This document shows, piece after piece, positions 26,041 to 35,869 of a stretch of DNA of 64,000 nucleotides. This stretch comes from Scyliorhinus canicula. Lineage: Eukaryota. How positions within the stretch are numbered: position 1 is the stretch's first letter; each line of letters begins with the position of its first letter. The stretch covers positions 125,615,256 through 125,679,255 of the forward strand of contig NC_052149.1 in the NCBI RefSeq assembly GCF_902713615.1, written 5' to 3'. The notes beneath the pieces were generated by a model. The model was not told the origin of the DNA, did no database searches, and saw only the letters and a list, made by a program, of their open reading frames with translations. The translations under genes and the position numbers were made by a program.

Positions 26041-26054
26041 CTGCAGGGCTGCAT

Positions 26055-26245
26055 GCAGTCCAAACATGTGCAGTTTAGGTGGGTTGGACATGCTAAATTG
26101 CCCTTAGTGCTCAAAATTGCCCTTAGTGTTGGGTTGCTGGGTTATGGGGGTAGGGTGGAGGTGTGGGCTTGGGTGGGGTGCTCTTTCAAAGAGCCGGTGC
26201 AGACTCGATGGGTCGAATGGCCTCCTTCTGCACTGTAAATTCTAT
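26055..26245 (+). mobile_element. SINE 3' half (HE1-like tail)
   Basis: gctaaattgcccttagtg...gggtcgaatggcctccttctgcactgtaaattctatg. Confidence 0.8.
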
Positions 26246-26844
26246 GTATTGGGAGCTGAAGACAATGGCTTTGATCTTCCCAATGTGTTTCCCAGTGAGC
26301 CTGGCTCCTCAGTCCTGACTGCTCTGAGCTGCTGTTCTTGTCACTGATTGGACAGTTATTGTTAGAGATTCAGACCACAGCAGAAACCCCCAGTGTAAAA
26401 AATAACAGCAAAGACTGTCAGATCGGAAGATTGAAACGTAACCAACAGAGGAAGTGAAAGAAGGGGCTCAGAGCAGCTGGATGTTTGTTACTGACACGGG
26501 AGAAAACTGGGAACCGTGTCCACTACCTCGAATCTTCCAGCACAGAAGGAGGCCATTCTGCCCATCATGCTGTGACTTACCCAATTAGTCCCACTCCCCC
26601 TCTCTATCCCCATAACCCAGCCAATCTTTCCCTTTCAGGGATATCTCCAATTGCCTCTTGTAGGCCTGGGTCCACAGCACGAGACTGTCCCTAACCTGGC
26701 TCCAAATTGCCATCGCATTCATTCATTGGAAGACAAAATGCCTGGGCTGGGAAACGGAGCTCAGGGCTCCGAACATTACCTCTCCCCTCCTGAGGGACAC
26801 TTCATGCTGGGATACAGTTCCATGGAGCCTCACAGCACAATGTG

Positions 26845-28200
26845 GGGGAGGCCGTGGTGTAGTGGTAATGTCACTGGACTAGTAATCCAGAGGCCCAGGC
26901 TAATGCTCTGGTCACAGGTTCAAATCCCACCATGGCAGCTGGTGGAATTTAAATTCAATGAATAAATCTGGAACTAAAAGCTCGTCTCAGTAATGGTGAC
27001 CATGAAACCAATGTTGGTTGTTGTAAAAACCCATCTAGTTCACTAATGTCCTTTAGGGAAGGGAATCTGCCGTCCTTACCTGGTCTGACATGTGACTCCA
27101 GACCCACAGCAATGTGGTTGACTCTGAAATAGCCACTCAGTTGTATCAAACCCTAAAAGGAATGAAACCGAACAGACCTCCCGACATCAACCCAGACCCC
27201 AGAACAACAACGGCAAACCCAGCCCTGTCGACCCTGCAAAGTCCCTCCTTCCTGATATCTGGGGGCTTGTGTTAGAATTGGGAGAGCTGTCCCACAGACT
27301 AGTCAGCAACAGCCTGACATAGTCACACCCACAGAATCATACCTTACAGATAATGTCCCAGACACCACCATCACCATCCCTGGGTATGTCCTGTCTCACC
27401 GGCAGGACAGACCCAGCAGAGGTGGGGGCGCAGTGGTATACAGTCAGGAGGGAGTCACCCTGGGAATCCTGGACATCGACTCGGGACCCCATGTAGCCTC
27501 ATGGCAGCAGATTAAACCTGAACAAGGAAACTTCCTGCTGATTACCACATTCCCCCTCCGCCGTCAGCTGATGAATCAATACTCTTCCATGTTGAACACC
27601 ACTTGGAGGAAGCACTGAGGGTGGCAAGGATGCAAAATATACTCTGAGTGAGGGACCTTCAATGTCCATCACCAAGAGTGGCTCAGTAGTACCACCACAG
27701 ACCGAGCTGGCCGGAGTCCTAAAGGATATAGCAGTATCAGAATTGTTCTCAACCACAATCTGTAACCTAAGGCCCGGCATATACCCCACTCTCCCATTCC
27801 CAACAAGCCAGGCCATCAACCCTGTTCCAATGTGGAGTGCAGGAGGGAATGGCAGGAGCAACACCAGGAGCAACATCAGAGTGAAAAACATTTGTATAAC
27901 GTGGGGAAATGTGCACTTGTCCACTTTGGCAGGAAGAATAGAAAAGCAGTAAAGTATTTAAATGGAGAGAGATTGAGGAACTGGCTGCTGCAGAGGGATC
28001 TGGGTGCCCTGGTACATGAATCACAAAACATTAGTCTGCAGGTCCAGCAAGTGATCAGGAAGGGAAATGGAATGTTGGTGTTTATTACAAGAGGAACGGA
28101 AAATAAAGACAGGGAAAGAAATACTGGAGTGAGAAGAATGAGAGATGATCTTACTTAAACATAAGATCCTGAGGGGACTGAGTGGACACAAAGAGGTCGA
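26845..28200 (+). mobile_element. SINE-like head (26845-27150) followed by CR1-clade LINE fragments (endonuclease 27250-27760; RT 3' part 27880-28200)
   Basis: tRNA-like head GTGGTGTAGTGGTAATGTCACTGGAC...GGTTCAAATCCC; GYVLSHRQDRPSRGGGAVVYSQEG; KCALVHFGRKNRK...QRDLGALVH. Confidence 0.7.
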
Positions 28201-28204
28201 TATC

Positions 28205-28412
28205 TCTTCTGTGGTAGAGAGAGAAAGTGAGGGAGAAAGAGAGGGAAACAGAGGGAGAAAGAGAGAACAGAGAAAGAAAGATGAGGGTGAGAGCAAACAA
28301 GGAGATTGAGACGGGAATAACAAGACAGAGAGAGCAGAGACTGAGGGACTGACACTGAGGGAGGGAGAGAGAGAGAGGGAGAGGGACTGAGTGAGAGAGA
28401 GAAGAGGAAGTG
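28205..28412 (+). repeat. (GA)n-rich purine tract upstream of the V promoter
   Basis: Directly visible low-complexity AG sequence. Confidence 0.8.
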
Positions 28413-28500
28413 AAGGTGCTGACGTGGTGTCTCTGCCTCATACCATTTACATACTGAGGAACGGGCAGTCAGACTCTCACAGGCTGCAGCTTTATAAAGC
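28404..28500 (+). promoter_or_regulatory. Ig light-chain V promoter: GAGGAAGTGAA (28405-28415), TGACGTGG (28420-28427), octamer variant ATTTACAT (28445-28452), TATA box TTTATAAAG (28491-28499)
   Basis: Motif order and spacing match the vertebrate VL promoter layout (octamer upstream of TATA, ~60 nt before the ATG). Confidence 0.75.
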
Positions 28501-28558
28501 AGAGCCCAGTGAAGGGAGAGTTTATCAGTAACCAGGCACAGGGACAGGAGCAGACACC

Positions 28559-28607
28559 ATGATTTCAGCCATCCAGCTGATCTGGCCTCTGGCATTCTGC
28601 ATCGCAG
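28559..28607 (+). CDS. IGKV: Ig kappa-type light chain leader exon (MISAIQLIWPLAFCIA-G)
   Basis: ACCATG start; 49-nt exon ending in phase 1 with GTACAA donor; hydrophobic signal peptide. Confidence 0.93.
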
Positions 28608-28793
28608 GTACAAATCTCTCTCCTTCCACCTTGAATATTTTCCTGCTCTCCATTTCAATCCAATTCTACTGACTTGTGATTGAAGGGAAAATGCTGAAAG
28701 CAGAGGAACAGTCAGTGTCTCCAACAATATCTCATTGTACAGGCTCTTTCTGTGACAGTTCTTACTTCACTCTGTTTCTCTATTACCCCTCAG

Positions 28794-29091
28794 GTATCAG
28801 TGGAGACATCATCATGACCCAGTCTCCCCCGGTGCTGTCATTGAGCCTGGGCCAGACCGCAACCATCACCTGTACGGCCAGTCAAGGCATTAGCAATGAT
28901 TGTATTTGGTATCAACAGCGAGATGGTCAGAAACCGGCTCTGCTGATCTACGAGGCATCAACCCGGTTCACAGGAATATCCGACCGATTCACCGGCAGTC
29001 AATCTGGAACACGATTCACCCTGACAATCAGCAATGTACAGAATGAGGATGTCGCTGATTATTACTGTCAGCAAGATAACAGCTGGCCTCT
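28794..29091 (+). CDS. IGKV: Ig kappa-type (shark type III/NS4-like) V exon, open frame
   Basis: CCCTCAG acceptor; [23 protein letters not shown]...[15 protein letters not shown]...[35 protein letters not shown]. Confidence 0.97.
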
Positions 29092-29119
29092 CACAGTGAT
29101 ACAGAGCCTTACAAAAACC
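29092..29119 (+). promoter_or_regulatory. V recombination signal sequence, 12-bp spacer, perfect consensus
   Basis: CACAGTG-ATACAGAGCCTT-ACAAAAACC; a 12-RSS on V is the kappa-type arrangement. Confidence 0.98.
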
Positions 29120-29127
29120 TCAATACG

Positions 29128-29900
29128 CACAGCCCCACCTCCTGTATTGACACAACCCACTGTATTATGTAATATATAATAATATACACCCAGTCCCACT
29201 TCTTTCACTGACACATCCCACAGTTTTATATAAGATATAATAATGGACACACAGTCCCGCCTCCTGGACTCAGACATACGGGTGGCACAAAGGCACAGTG
29301 GTTGGCCTTGGGTGACTATGTGGAATTTGCACCTTCTCCCTGTGTCTGTGTGGGTTTCCTTTGGGTGCTCCGGGTTTGTTCCACAGTCCAAAGATGTACA
29401 GGTTAGCTGGAGCTATGAGGTTATAGTAATAGGGTGGGTGAGTGGGCCTAGATAGAGTGCTCCTTCAGAGGGTTGGTGCCAACTCGATGCACTGAAGGGC
29501 TGCTTCTGCATTGCAGGAATTCTATGATTCTATGATCCCACAGTTTTCTATAATGTATAATGATGAACACACAGCACCACCTCCTGTACTGACACATCCT
29601 ACAGTTTAATAATAATTATCTTTCTTATTGTCGCAAATAGGCGTGTATTAACACTGCAATGAATTTACTGTGAAAAGCCCCAAGTTGCCACACTGAGGCA
29701 ACAGTTCGGGTACACTGAGGGAGAATTCAGAATGTCCAAATTACCTAACAGCACGTCTTTCGGGACTTGTGGGAGGAAACCGGAGCACCCGGAGGAAACC
29801 CACACTGACACAATATATAATAATGGACACACAACCCCACCTTCTAGACTGACAGAACCCACAGTTTTATACAATATTTTATATATAATAAACACAAGAA
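29128..29900 (+). repeat. Degenerate ~61-bp tandem repeat in the V-J spacer, interrupted by two SINEs (~29280-29535 +, ~29615-29810 -)
   Basis: Units start at 29128, 29189, 29250, 29570 and 29830 (CACAGxCCCxCCTCCTG..ACTGACACA.CCCACAGTTTTATA..ATATAATAATGGA). Confidence 0.7.
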
Positions 29901-30181
29901 TGGAAACTGTACAAATGATTCTCACTGCCCACGACACTGTCCCTGTTGTGTCCACAGCTCACTGAAGGCCTCAAGTTTCCATCTTACTCTCCATGTCCAC
30001 ATATGAAGAGCAGCTGAAAGATTTCTCATCGGAAATTAGAATTCTCAACTCTCCCAACAAACACAGAGACATTGAGAGAAACAGAGAGAGAGAAAGAGTG
30101 AGAGAGAAAGACAGTAGTGAGTGAGAGACACAGTGAGAGACAGAGAGAGGGTGAGAGTGAGTGAGTGAAGCAGAGAGCAGA

Positions 30182-30220
30182 GGTTTTTGTACAGCCCCTG
30201 CACTGGAAGCTGTCAGTGTG
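30182..30220 (-). promoter_or_regulatory. J recombination signal sequence, 23-bp spacer
   Basis: GGTTTTTGT (30182-30190), 23 nt, then CAGTGTG (30214-30220; reads CACACTG from the coding end, CAC intact). Confidence 0.95.
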
Positions 30221-30255
30221 GCTTACGTTCGGTAAAGGAACCAAGCTCAGACTGA
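30221..30255 (+). CDS. IGKJ: Ig kappa-type J segment (LTFGKGTKLRL-S)
   Basis: FGxG motif; phase-1 GTAAGT donor at 30256-30261, compatible with the C exon (A+GC = Ser). Confidence 0.96.
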
Positions 30256-30879
30256 GTAAGTAAACCCCAATCCTCCGTTATTAACCCTTTCAATACTGAA
30301 ACTTTCTGAAACACAAATGCTGAATAGTTGAAGGTGTTAGTGGGGAGCTGCAGTGAATGAAATGGTTCATTGAAGAACACTGTGTAGAACAGGGTGCCCA
30401 GCTGTATTTCTTTAGTTCCATTCCCCCCCTTTAAACAGCAAGATATAAGTAAGCAGCTTTTACCCACCGTGTGGAGGAGATCTGGACGTTTGCAGACTGT
30501 GTTCACATTCCTGGACCATGGAGTGAAATCACTCACTAGACTCCTGTCAGTCTGTGTGTGACAGACACGGGCAGAGTTTGATGTGAGCTCTGGCTCCCTG
30601 TCACACTCTCTGATATAACTGATCACAGCAGCAGCAGCAGCACAGTGAGACACCGAGGTCCCACTTCCCCCAGCTTTAACTCTGCTCTCTCCACTCCCTG
30701 CTTATCTCTTAGCAAAGTTCTGATGACAAACAGGTCCAGCAGGGCTCACAATCCAGTGGCTTCAGTGTTCCAGGCTTTTGGGGAGACTCTCAGTTACTTT
30801 CTCTTTGGGTCGAGTTCAGTCTGATATTCCTGATGCAATATTCCTGAAAATCCCTGGAGATATTTTTATTGTTTGATGT

Positions 30880-33765
30880 GATGTGTGATCTCTGGCTGGG
30901 CCAGCATTTATTGCCCATCCCTAATTGCCCTTGAGCTGAGTGTCTTGCTCGGCCATTCCAGAGGACATTTCAGAGTCAACACATTACTGAGGATCTGGAG
31001 TCACTTGTAGGCCGGACAAGGTCAGGATGGCAAGTTCCCACTTCAGACCCACACATCCCATAAATTAACTTTTAAAAATGGCCCTGAACTCCACTTTCCT
31101 GCCGGTCCCCATAACCCTTGACCCCCAATCAAAAATCTGTCGAACACAGCCTGGAATATATTCAATGTCCCAGCATGCACTGCTCTCTGGGAAAGAGAAA
31201 TCCAAAAACTAACGACCCTCTGAGAGAAGAAACCCCTCCTCATCTCCACCTTAAATGGGGATTCTTTATTTTTAAACTGTATCCACTAATTCAAGATTCC
31301 CCACGAGGGGAAACATTCTCTCAGCATCCACCCTGTCAAGCTCCCTCAGAATCTTATATGTTTCAATAAGATCACCTCTCATTCTGCAATGAGTACAGAT
31401 CCAACCAGCTCAACCTTTCCTCATCAAACATTCCATTCCTCAGTGGAATCAGCCCAGTGAACCTTCTCTGAACTGCTTCCAATGTCGGAATATCCGTCCT
31501 TAAGTAAGGAGACCAACACTGTGCCCAGTACTCACGGTGTAGTCTCCCCAATGTGCTGTATCAATGGAGCAAGACTTCCCTACTTTTATACTCCATCCCG
31601 CTTGTAATAAAGGACAACATTCCATTGACCTTCCTCATCACTTGCTGTACCTGCAGGTTAACGTTCTGTGATTCATACACAAGGACACCCAGATCCCTCT
31701 GTACCACAGCTTTCTGCAGTCTCTCTCCATGTCAATAATATTCTGCTTTTCTATTCTTCCTAACAAAGTGGACAAGCTCACATTTCCCCACATTATACTC
31801 CATCTGTCAAATGTTCTCCCCACTCACTGAACCTATCAATATCCCTTTTCAGACTCTGTATCCTCCTCACAACTTGCTTTCCTACCTATCATTTTATCAT
31901 CAGCAAATGTAGCTACAATACTCTCATTGCCTTCATCCAGCTCATTAATATAGACTGGAGAGTTAAAACCCCAAACAACAGCCATCTTCCTTTGTGCTAG
32001 GTATGACTCCAACCAGCGGAGAGTTTTCCCTCTGATTCCCATTGACTCCAGTTTCGCTCGGGCTCCTTGATGCCAAACTTGGTCAAATGCTGCCTCGAGG
32101 TCAAAGGGCAGTTACTCTGGCCTCACCGCTGGAGTTCAGCTCTTTTGTCCATGTTTGAACCAAGGCTGTAATGAGGTCAGGAGCTGAGTGACCCTGGCAG
32201 ATCCTTAACTGAGCGTCAGTGAGCAGGTTATTGCTGAGTAAGTGTTGATAGCACTGTTGATAACAACACCCATCCCTTTGCTGATGCTCGAGAGTTGACT
32301 GATGGGGCAATAATTGTCCGGTTTGGATTTGTCCAGCTTTTTGTGGACTGGAGATCCCTGGGTAATTTTCCACATTGTTGGGTCGATGCCAGTTTTGGAG
32401 CTAAACTCAAACAATTTGGCTAGGGGTATGTTCTGGAACACACGGCCACAAGAAATAAGAGCAGTAGTAGACCATTTGTCCCATTGAGCCTGCTGCATCA
32501 TTCAATATGATCATGACTGATCTTGGGCTTCAACTCCATTTTCCCGCCCATTCCCCGATTCCCCGTATCCCTTACTTCTCCGGGAGACCAAACATCTGCC
32601 AATCCCAGTCTGGAATATATTCAACGATGGAGCACCCAGAACCCTCTGGCGTCGGGAATCCAAAGATTCACAACACTTGGAGTGAAGAAATTTCTCTTCA
32701 TCTCAGCTCTAAATGATCGGCTCCTTATCCTGAGACTGTGACCCTGTGTTTCCGATTCCCCGACCAGCAGAGACAATCTCTCAGTGTCTACAAAAGTCTG
32801 GAACACAAGTCTTCAGTACTACTGGGGGGATGATGTCAGGGCCCAGAGTATTCACAGTATCCAGGGCCTTCAGTACTACTGGGGGGATGATGTCAGGGCC
32901 CGGAGCATTCACAGTATCCAGGGCCTTCAGTACTACTGGGGGGATGATGTCAGGGCCCGGAGCATTCACAGTATCCAGGGCCTTCAGTACTACTGGGGGG
33001 ATGATGTCAGGGCCCAGAGTATTCACAGTATCCAGGGCCTTCAGTACTACTGGGGGGGATGATGTCAGGGCCCGGAGCATTCACAGTATCCAGGGCCTTC
33101 AGTACTACTGGGGGATGATGTCAGGGCCCGGAGTATTCACAGTATCCAGGGCCTTCAGTACTACTGGGGGGGATGATGTCAGGGCCCAGAGCATTCGCAG
33201 TGTCCAGGGCCTTCAGTACTACTGGGGGATGATGTCAGGGCCCAGAGCATTCGCAGTATCCAGGGCCTTCAGTACTACTGGGGGGATGATGTCAGGGCCC
33301 AGAGCATTCGCAGTATCCAGGGCCTTCAGTACTACTGGGGGGATGATGTCAGGGCCCGGAGCATTCGCAGTATCCAGGGCCTTCAGCGTTTCTTGATTTC
33401 ACGCGGAGTGAATCTAACTGGCTGAAGACTGACATCTGTGATGCTGGGATCTCAGGAGGAGGCCGGGATGGATCATCCACTCGGCACTTCTGGTTGGGCT
33501 CCTCCATCATTGAGGATGGAGATATTTGTGGAGCCTCCTCCTCCAGTGAGTTGTTTAATTGTCCATCAGCATTCACGTCTGTATATGTCAGGACTGCGGA
33601 GCATAGACCTGATCCGTGGGTCGTGGGATTGTTTAGCTCTGTCTGTCACATGCTGCTTCTGCTGTTTGACACACAGTCCTGTGTTGTATCGGCACCAGGT
33701 TGACACCTCATTTTTCAGTCTGCCTGGTGCTGCTCCTGGCGTGTCCTCCTGGACTCTTCATTGAA
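30880..33765 (-). mobile_element. Cluster of CR1-clade LINE fragments in the J-C intron
   Basis: MEMRRGFFSQRVVSFWISLSQRAV; KCELVHFVRKNRK; QGHSAPDLITALVQTWTKELNS; PDNYCPISQLSSISK; all decayed. Confidence 0.85.
32812..33385. repeat. 57-bp (19-codon) tandem repeat, ~10 copies, derived from LINE ORF2
   Basis: Unit CAGTACTACTGGGGGGATGATGTCAGGGCCCGGAGCATTCACAGTATCCAGGGCCTT; minus strand reads LKALDTVNAPGPDIIPPVV repeated, then LKTC. Confidence 0.92.
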
Positions 33766-34121
33766 CTGAAACCAGCAGAAAATCCACACAAACAGACTCA
33801 TGTGTCTCTGATTTGTCTGTGTGTTTATTAGACGTGACTGAGCAGATAGCAGGAGTTTCAGCAGCAACAAAGATGTTTCTCTAGTTCACCTCCCACTTTC
33901 CCCATCCACTTCCAAAATCCTTACAGGGAAAGGGCTCAGCTCCTGCCATTGACTGGCTAAATGTCCCCCCTCTAGACTCCAGGCCTCCCATAATCTGCTC
34001 TCCATCTCTCTCCTGAAGACACTCTCTCTGGCTGGGGAACAGCTCCACCCTCCGCAAGTGGCCTCATTCCTCCAAGTGTGAGGCAGGAGGGTGAACATGG
34101 CAGCCTATTGGAGCGTGAGGT

Positions 34122-34519
34122 GCCAGCCGTGCCTCAGTGGGTAGCACTCTGGCCTCTGAGTCACAACGTTGTGGCTTCAAATCCCACTCCAGAGACTTGA
34201 GCACATAATCCAGGCTGAGAGTCCAGTGCAGTATTGAGGGAGGGCTGCACTGTCAGAGGTGCTGTCTTTCAGATTAAACAAACTGATGCCTGCCCTCTCA
34301 GGGGATGTAAAAGATCCCATGGCACAATTAGAGGGAGAGCAGGGGAGATCTCCCCGGTGCCCTGGTCAATATTTATCCCTCAGTCAACATCACTAAATAT
34401 CTGATGATCTGGTCATTGTCACTTTGCTCTCTGGGATCTTGCTCTACACAATTGGCTGTAAAACACTTTGGGACATTCTGAGGTGGTGATAGATGCTATA
34501 GAAATGCAAGTCTTTCTTT
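34122..34519 (+). mobile_element. DeuSINE-like (SacSINE1-like) SINE
   Basis: tRNA-like head; central GCTGCACTGTCAGAGGTGCTGTCTTTCAG...GTAAAAGATCCCATGGCAC...ATATTTATCCCTCA; L2-like tail ending AAATGCAAGTCTTTCTTT. Family name from memory. Confidence 0.65.
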
Positions 34520-34919
34520 GATGTTGGCGATTCCTGATCTGACCCTCGCCCATTGTCTGCGCACTCTCACCCTCTAGAGGTCATGGGTCATTAGGAGCAG
34601 TGACCCTGTCTGACCCCCGGACACTGAGGCTAATTGTAGCCTCACCCTTGATCTCAGTTCAGTGTTGGGCAGCAAGTTTGAAATTAAATCGAGAAACTTC
34701 TACACTGACAGCCAATCAGAATCCTTTGTGCAGTGTGTTGATCGAAGTCTACTCCAATGTTCTGGGATAAGGTTCTCCCGATCTGTGTTTGATCTGAGGT
34801 TTGTTAATGTTTAACCTGTTCCCCCAGACAGACTGATCAATAGTTTGAGCTTCCTGACTGGTTAACAGCTTCTTAAAGGGACACTGCGGCTTTAAATACT
34901 CTCACTATTAAACCACCCC

Positions 34920-35185
34920 CAGTCCCTGGCATTGTGAGGCAGCAGTGCTAACAACTGTGCACTTTAAAAAAATAAATTTAATGTACCCAATTCATTTTTT
35001 TCCAATTAAGGGCCGATTTAGCATGGCCAATCCAAGTACCCTGTACATCTTTGGGTTGTGGGGGGTGAAACCCACGCAGACACGGGGAGAATGTGCAAAC
35101 TTCACAGTGATGCAGGGCCGGGATTGAACCCGGGTCATTGGCACCATGAGACAGCAGTGCCAACCACTACGCCACCGAGCCACCA
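34920..35185 (-). mobile_element. tRNA-derived SINE
   Basis: Reverse complement head and body with an A-rich tail. Confidence 0.8.
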
Positions 35186-35869
35186 CTCCACTGTGCCATT
35201 TAATCTATTCAATTATATCACAGTCATCCTCTCACAATGTCCCTCACTATTGCTTTGTGTGAACATATTTGTTCTGAACTCTCTCTGTCTCCAGCTTGAA
35301 TATCCTCCCACTGCTCTGACACTGTTTTACCATCAAGTCCCTGTTTCCTGTCCAATTTGGCAAATCCCAGTTTACTAAAATTGGCCTTCACCTGCCCAGA
35401 TTCAATCACTAAAACTGTCCAAAACTGCTCCTTCTCTTGTTGGGATTATTCCGTGCTGGTAAAAAAAGTTCCCCGGAATGGATTGTCGAATTCTGCATCA
35501 TCTATCCATTGACACTGATTTGATTCCAGTTAATATTCAGGACGTTGAAATCCTTTATTTATTTTTTTAAAATAATTTTTATTGAAAGAATTTTTTACAT
35601 GAAGATATTTACCCCAACTAACTATAAAATATTACAAAATATTCCCTCTTAACAAATATCCCCCCCCCGCCCGAACTCGCGCGCGCGTTGTCCCTCCCCC
35701 CCCTCCCCCCTCCCCCAAAAACAAACAAAGCAACAATCAACATCAAACATGAACTGCGAGCAAATTTGCCCGCATTTCAACCGTAAATAACCCACCACAA
35801 CCGTTGTTGCCACCCCCCCCTCCCCCCCTCCCCTCCCCCCCGGGTTGCTGCTGCTGCGACCTCTGTACC

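Larger units (their letters stand above)
17361..26050. mobile_element. Harbinger-family element A: 3' part of a Myb-like (coiled-coil) gene on +, convergent with a nuclease pseudogene on -; both ends truncated
   Basis: + strand VPVMRATQAETARVASAVSDMGQNVQSL...TQREVAQFQRDMTQSQREVAHSQ, resuming at ~24286 and ending VRARKATKLDSS-stop (24713); - strand HARBI1-like motifs. Confidence 0.8.

Noticed and set aside
28676-29179. 167-aa ORF taken as a complete protein
   Set aside because: It is the V exon plus intron sequence and read-through past the RSS; the real gene is spliced and needs rearrangement
30129-30135. CACAGTG upstream of the J-RSS as a second J or D signal
   Set aside because: It is embedded in a GA/GT microsatellite with no nonamer and no adjacent coding segment
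32812-33385. CRISPR-like regular repeats (also the 37-, 48- and 68-bp arrays)
   Set aside because: Units are head-to-tail with no unique spacers, there are no cas genes, and the DNA is eukaryotic
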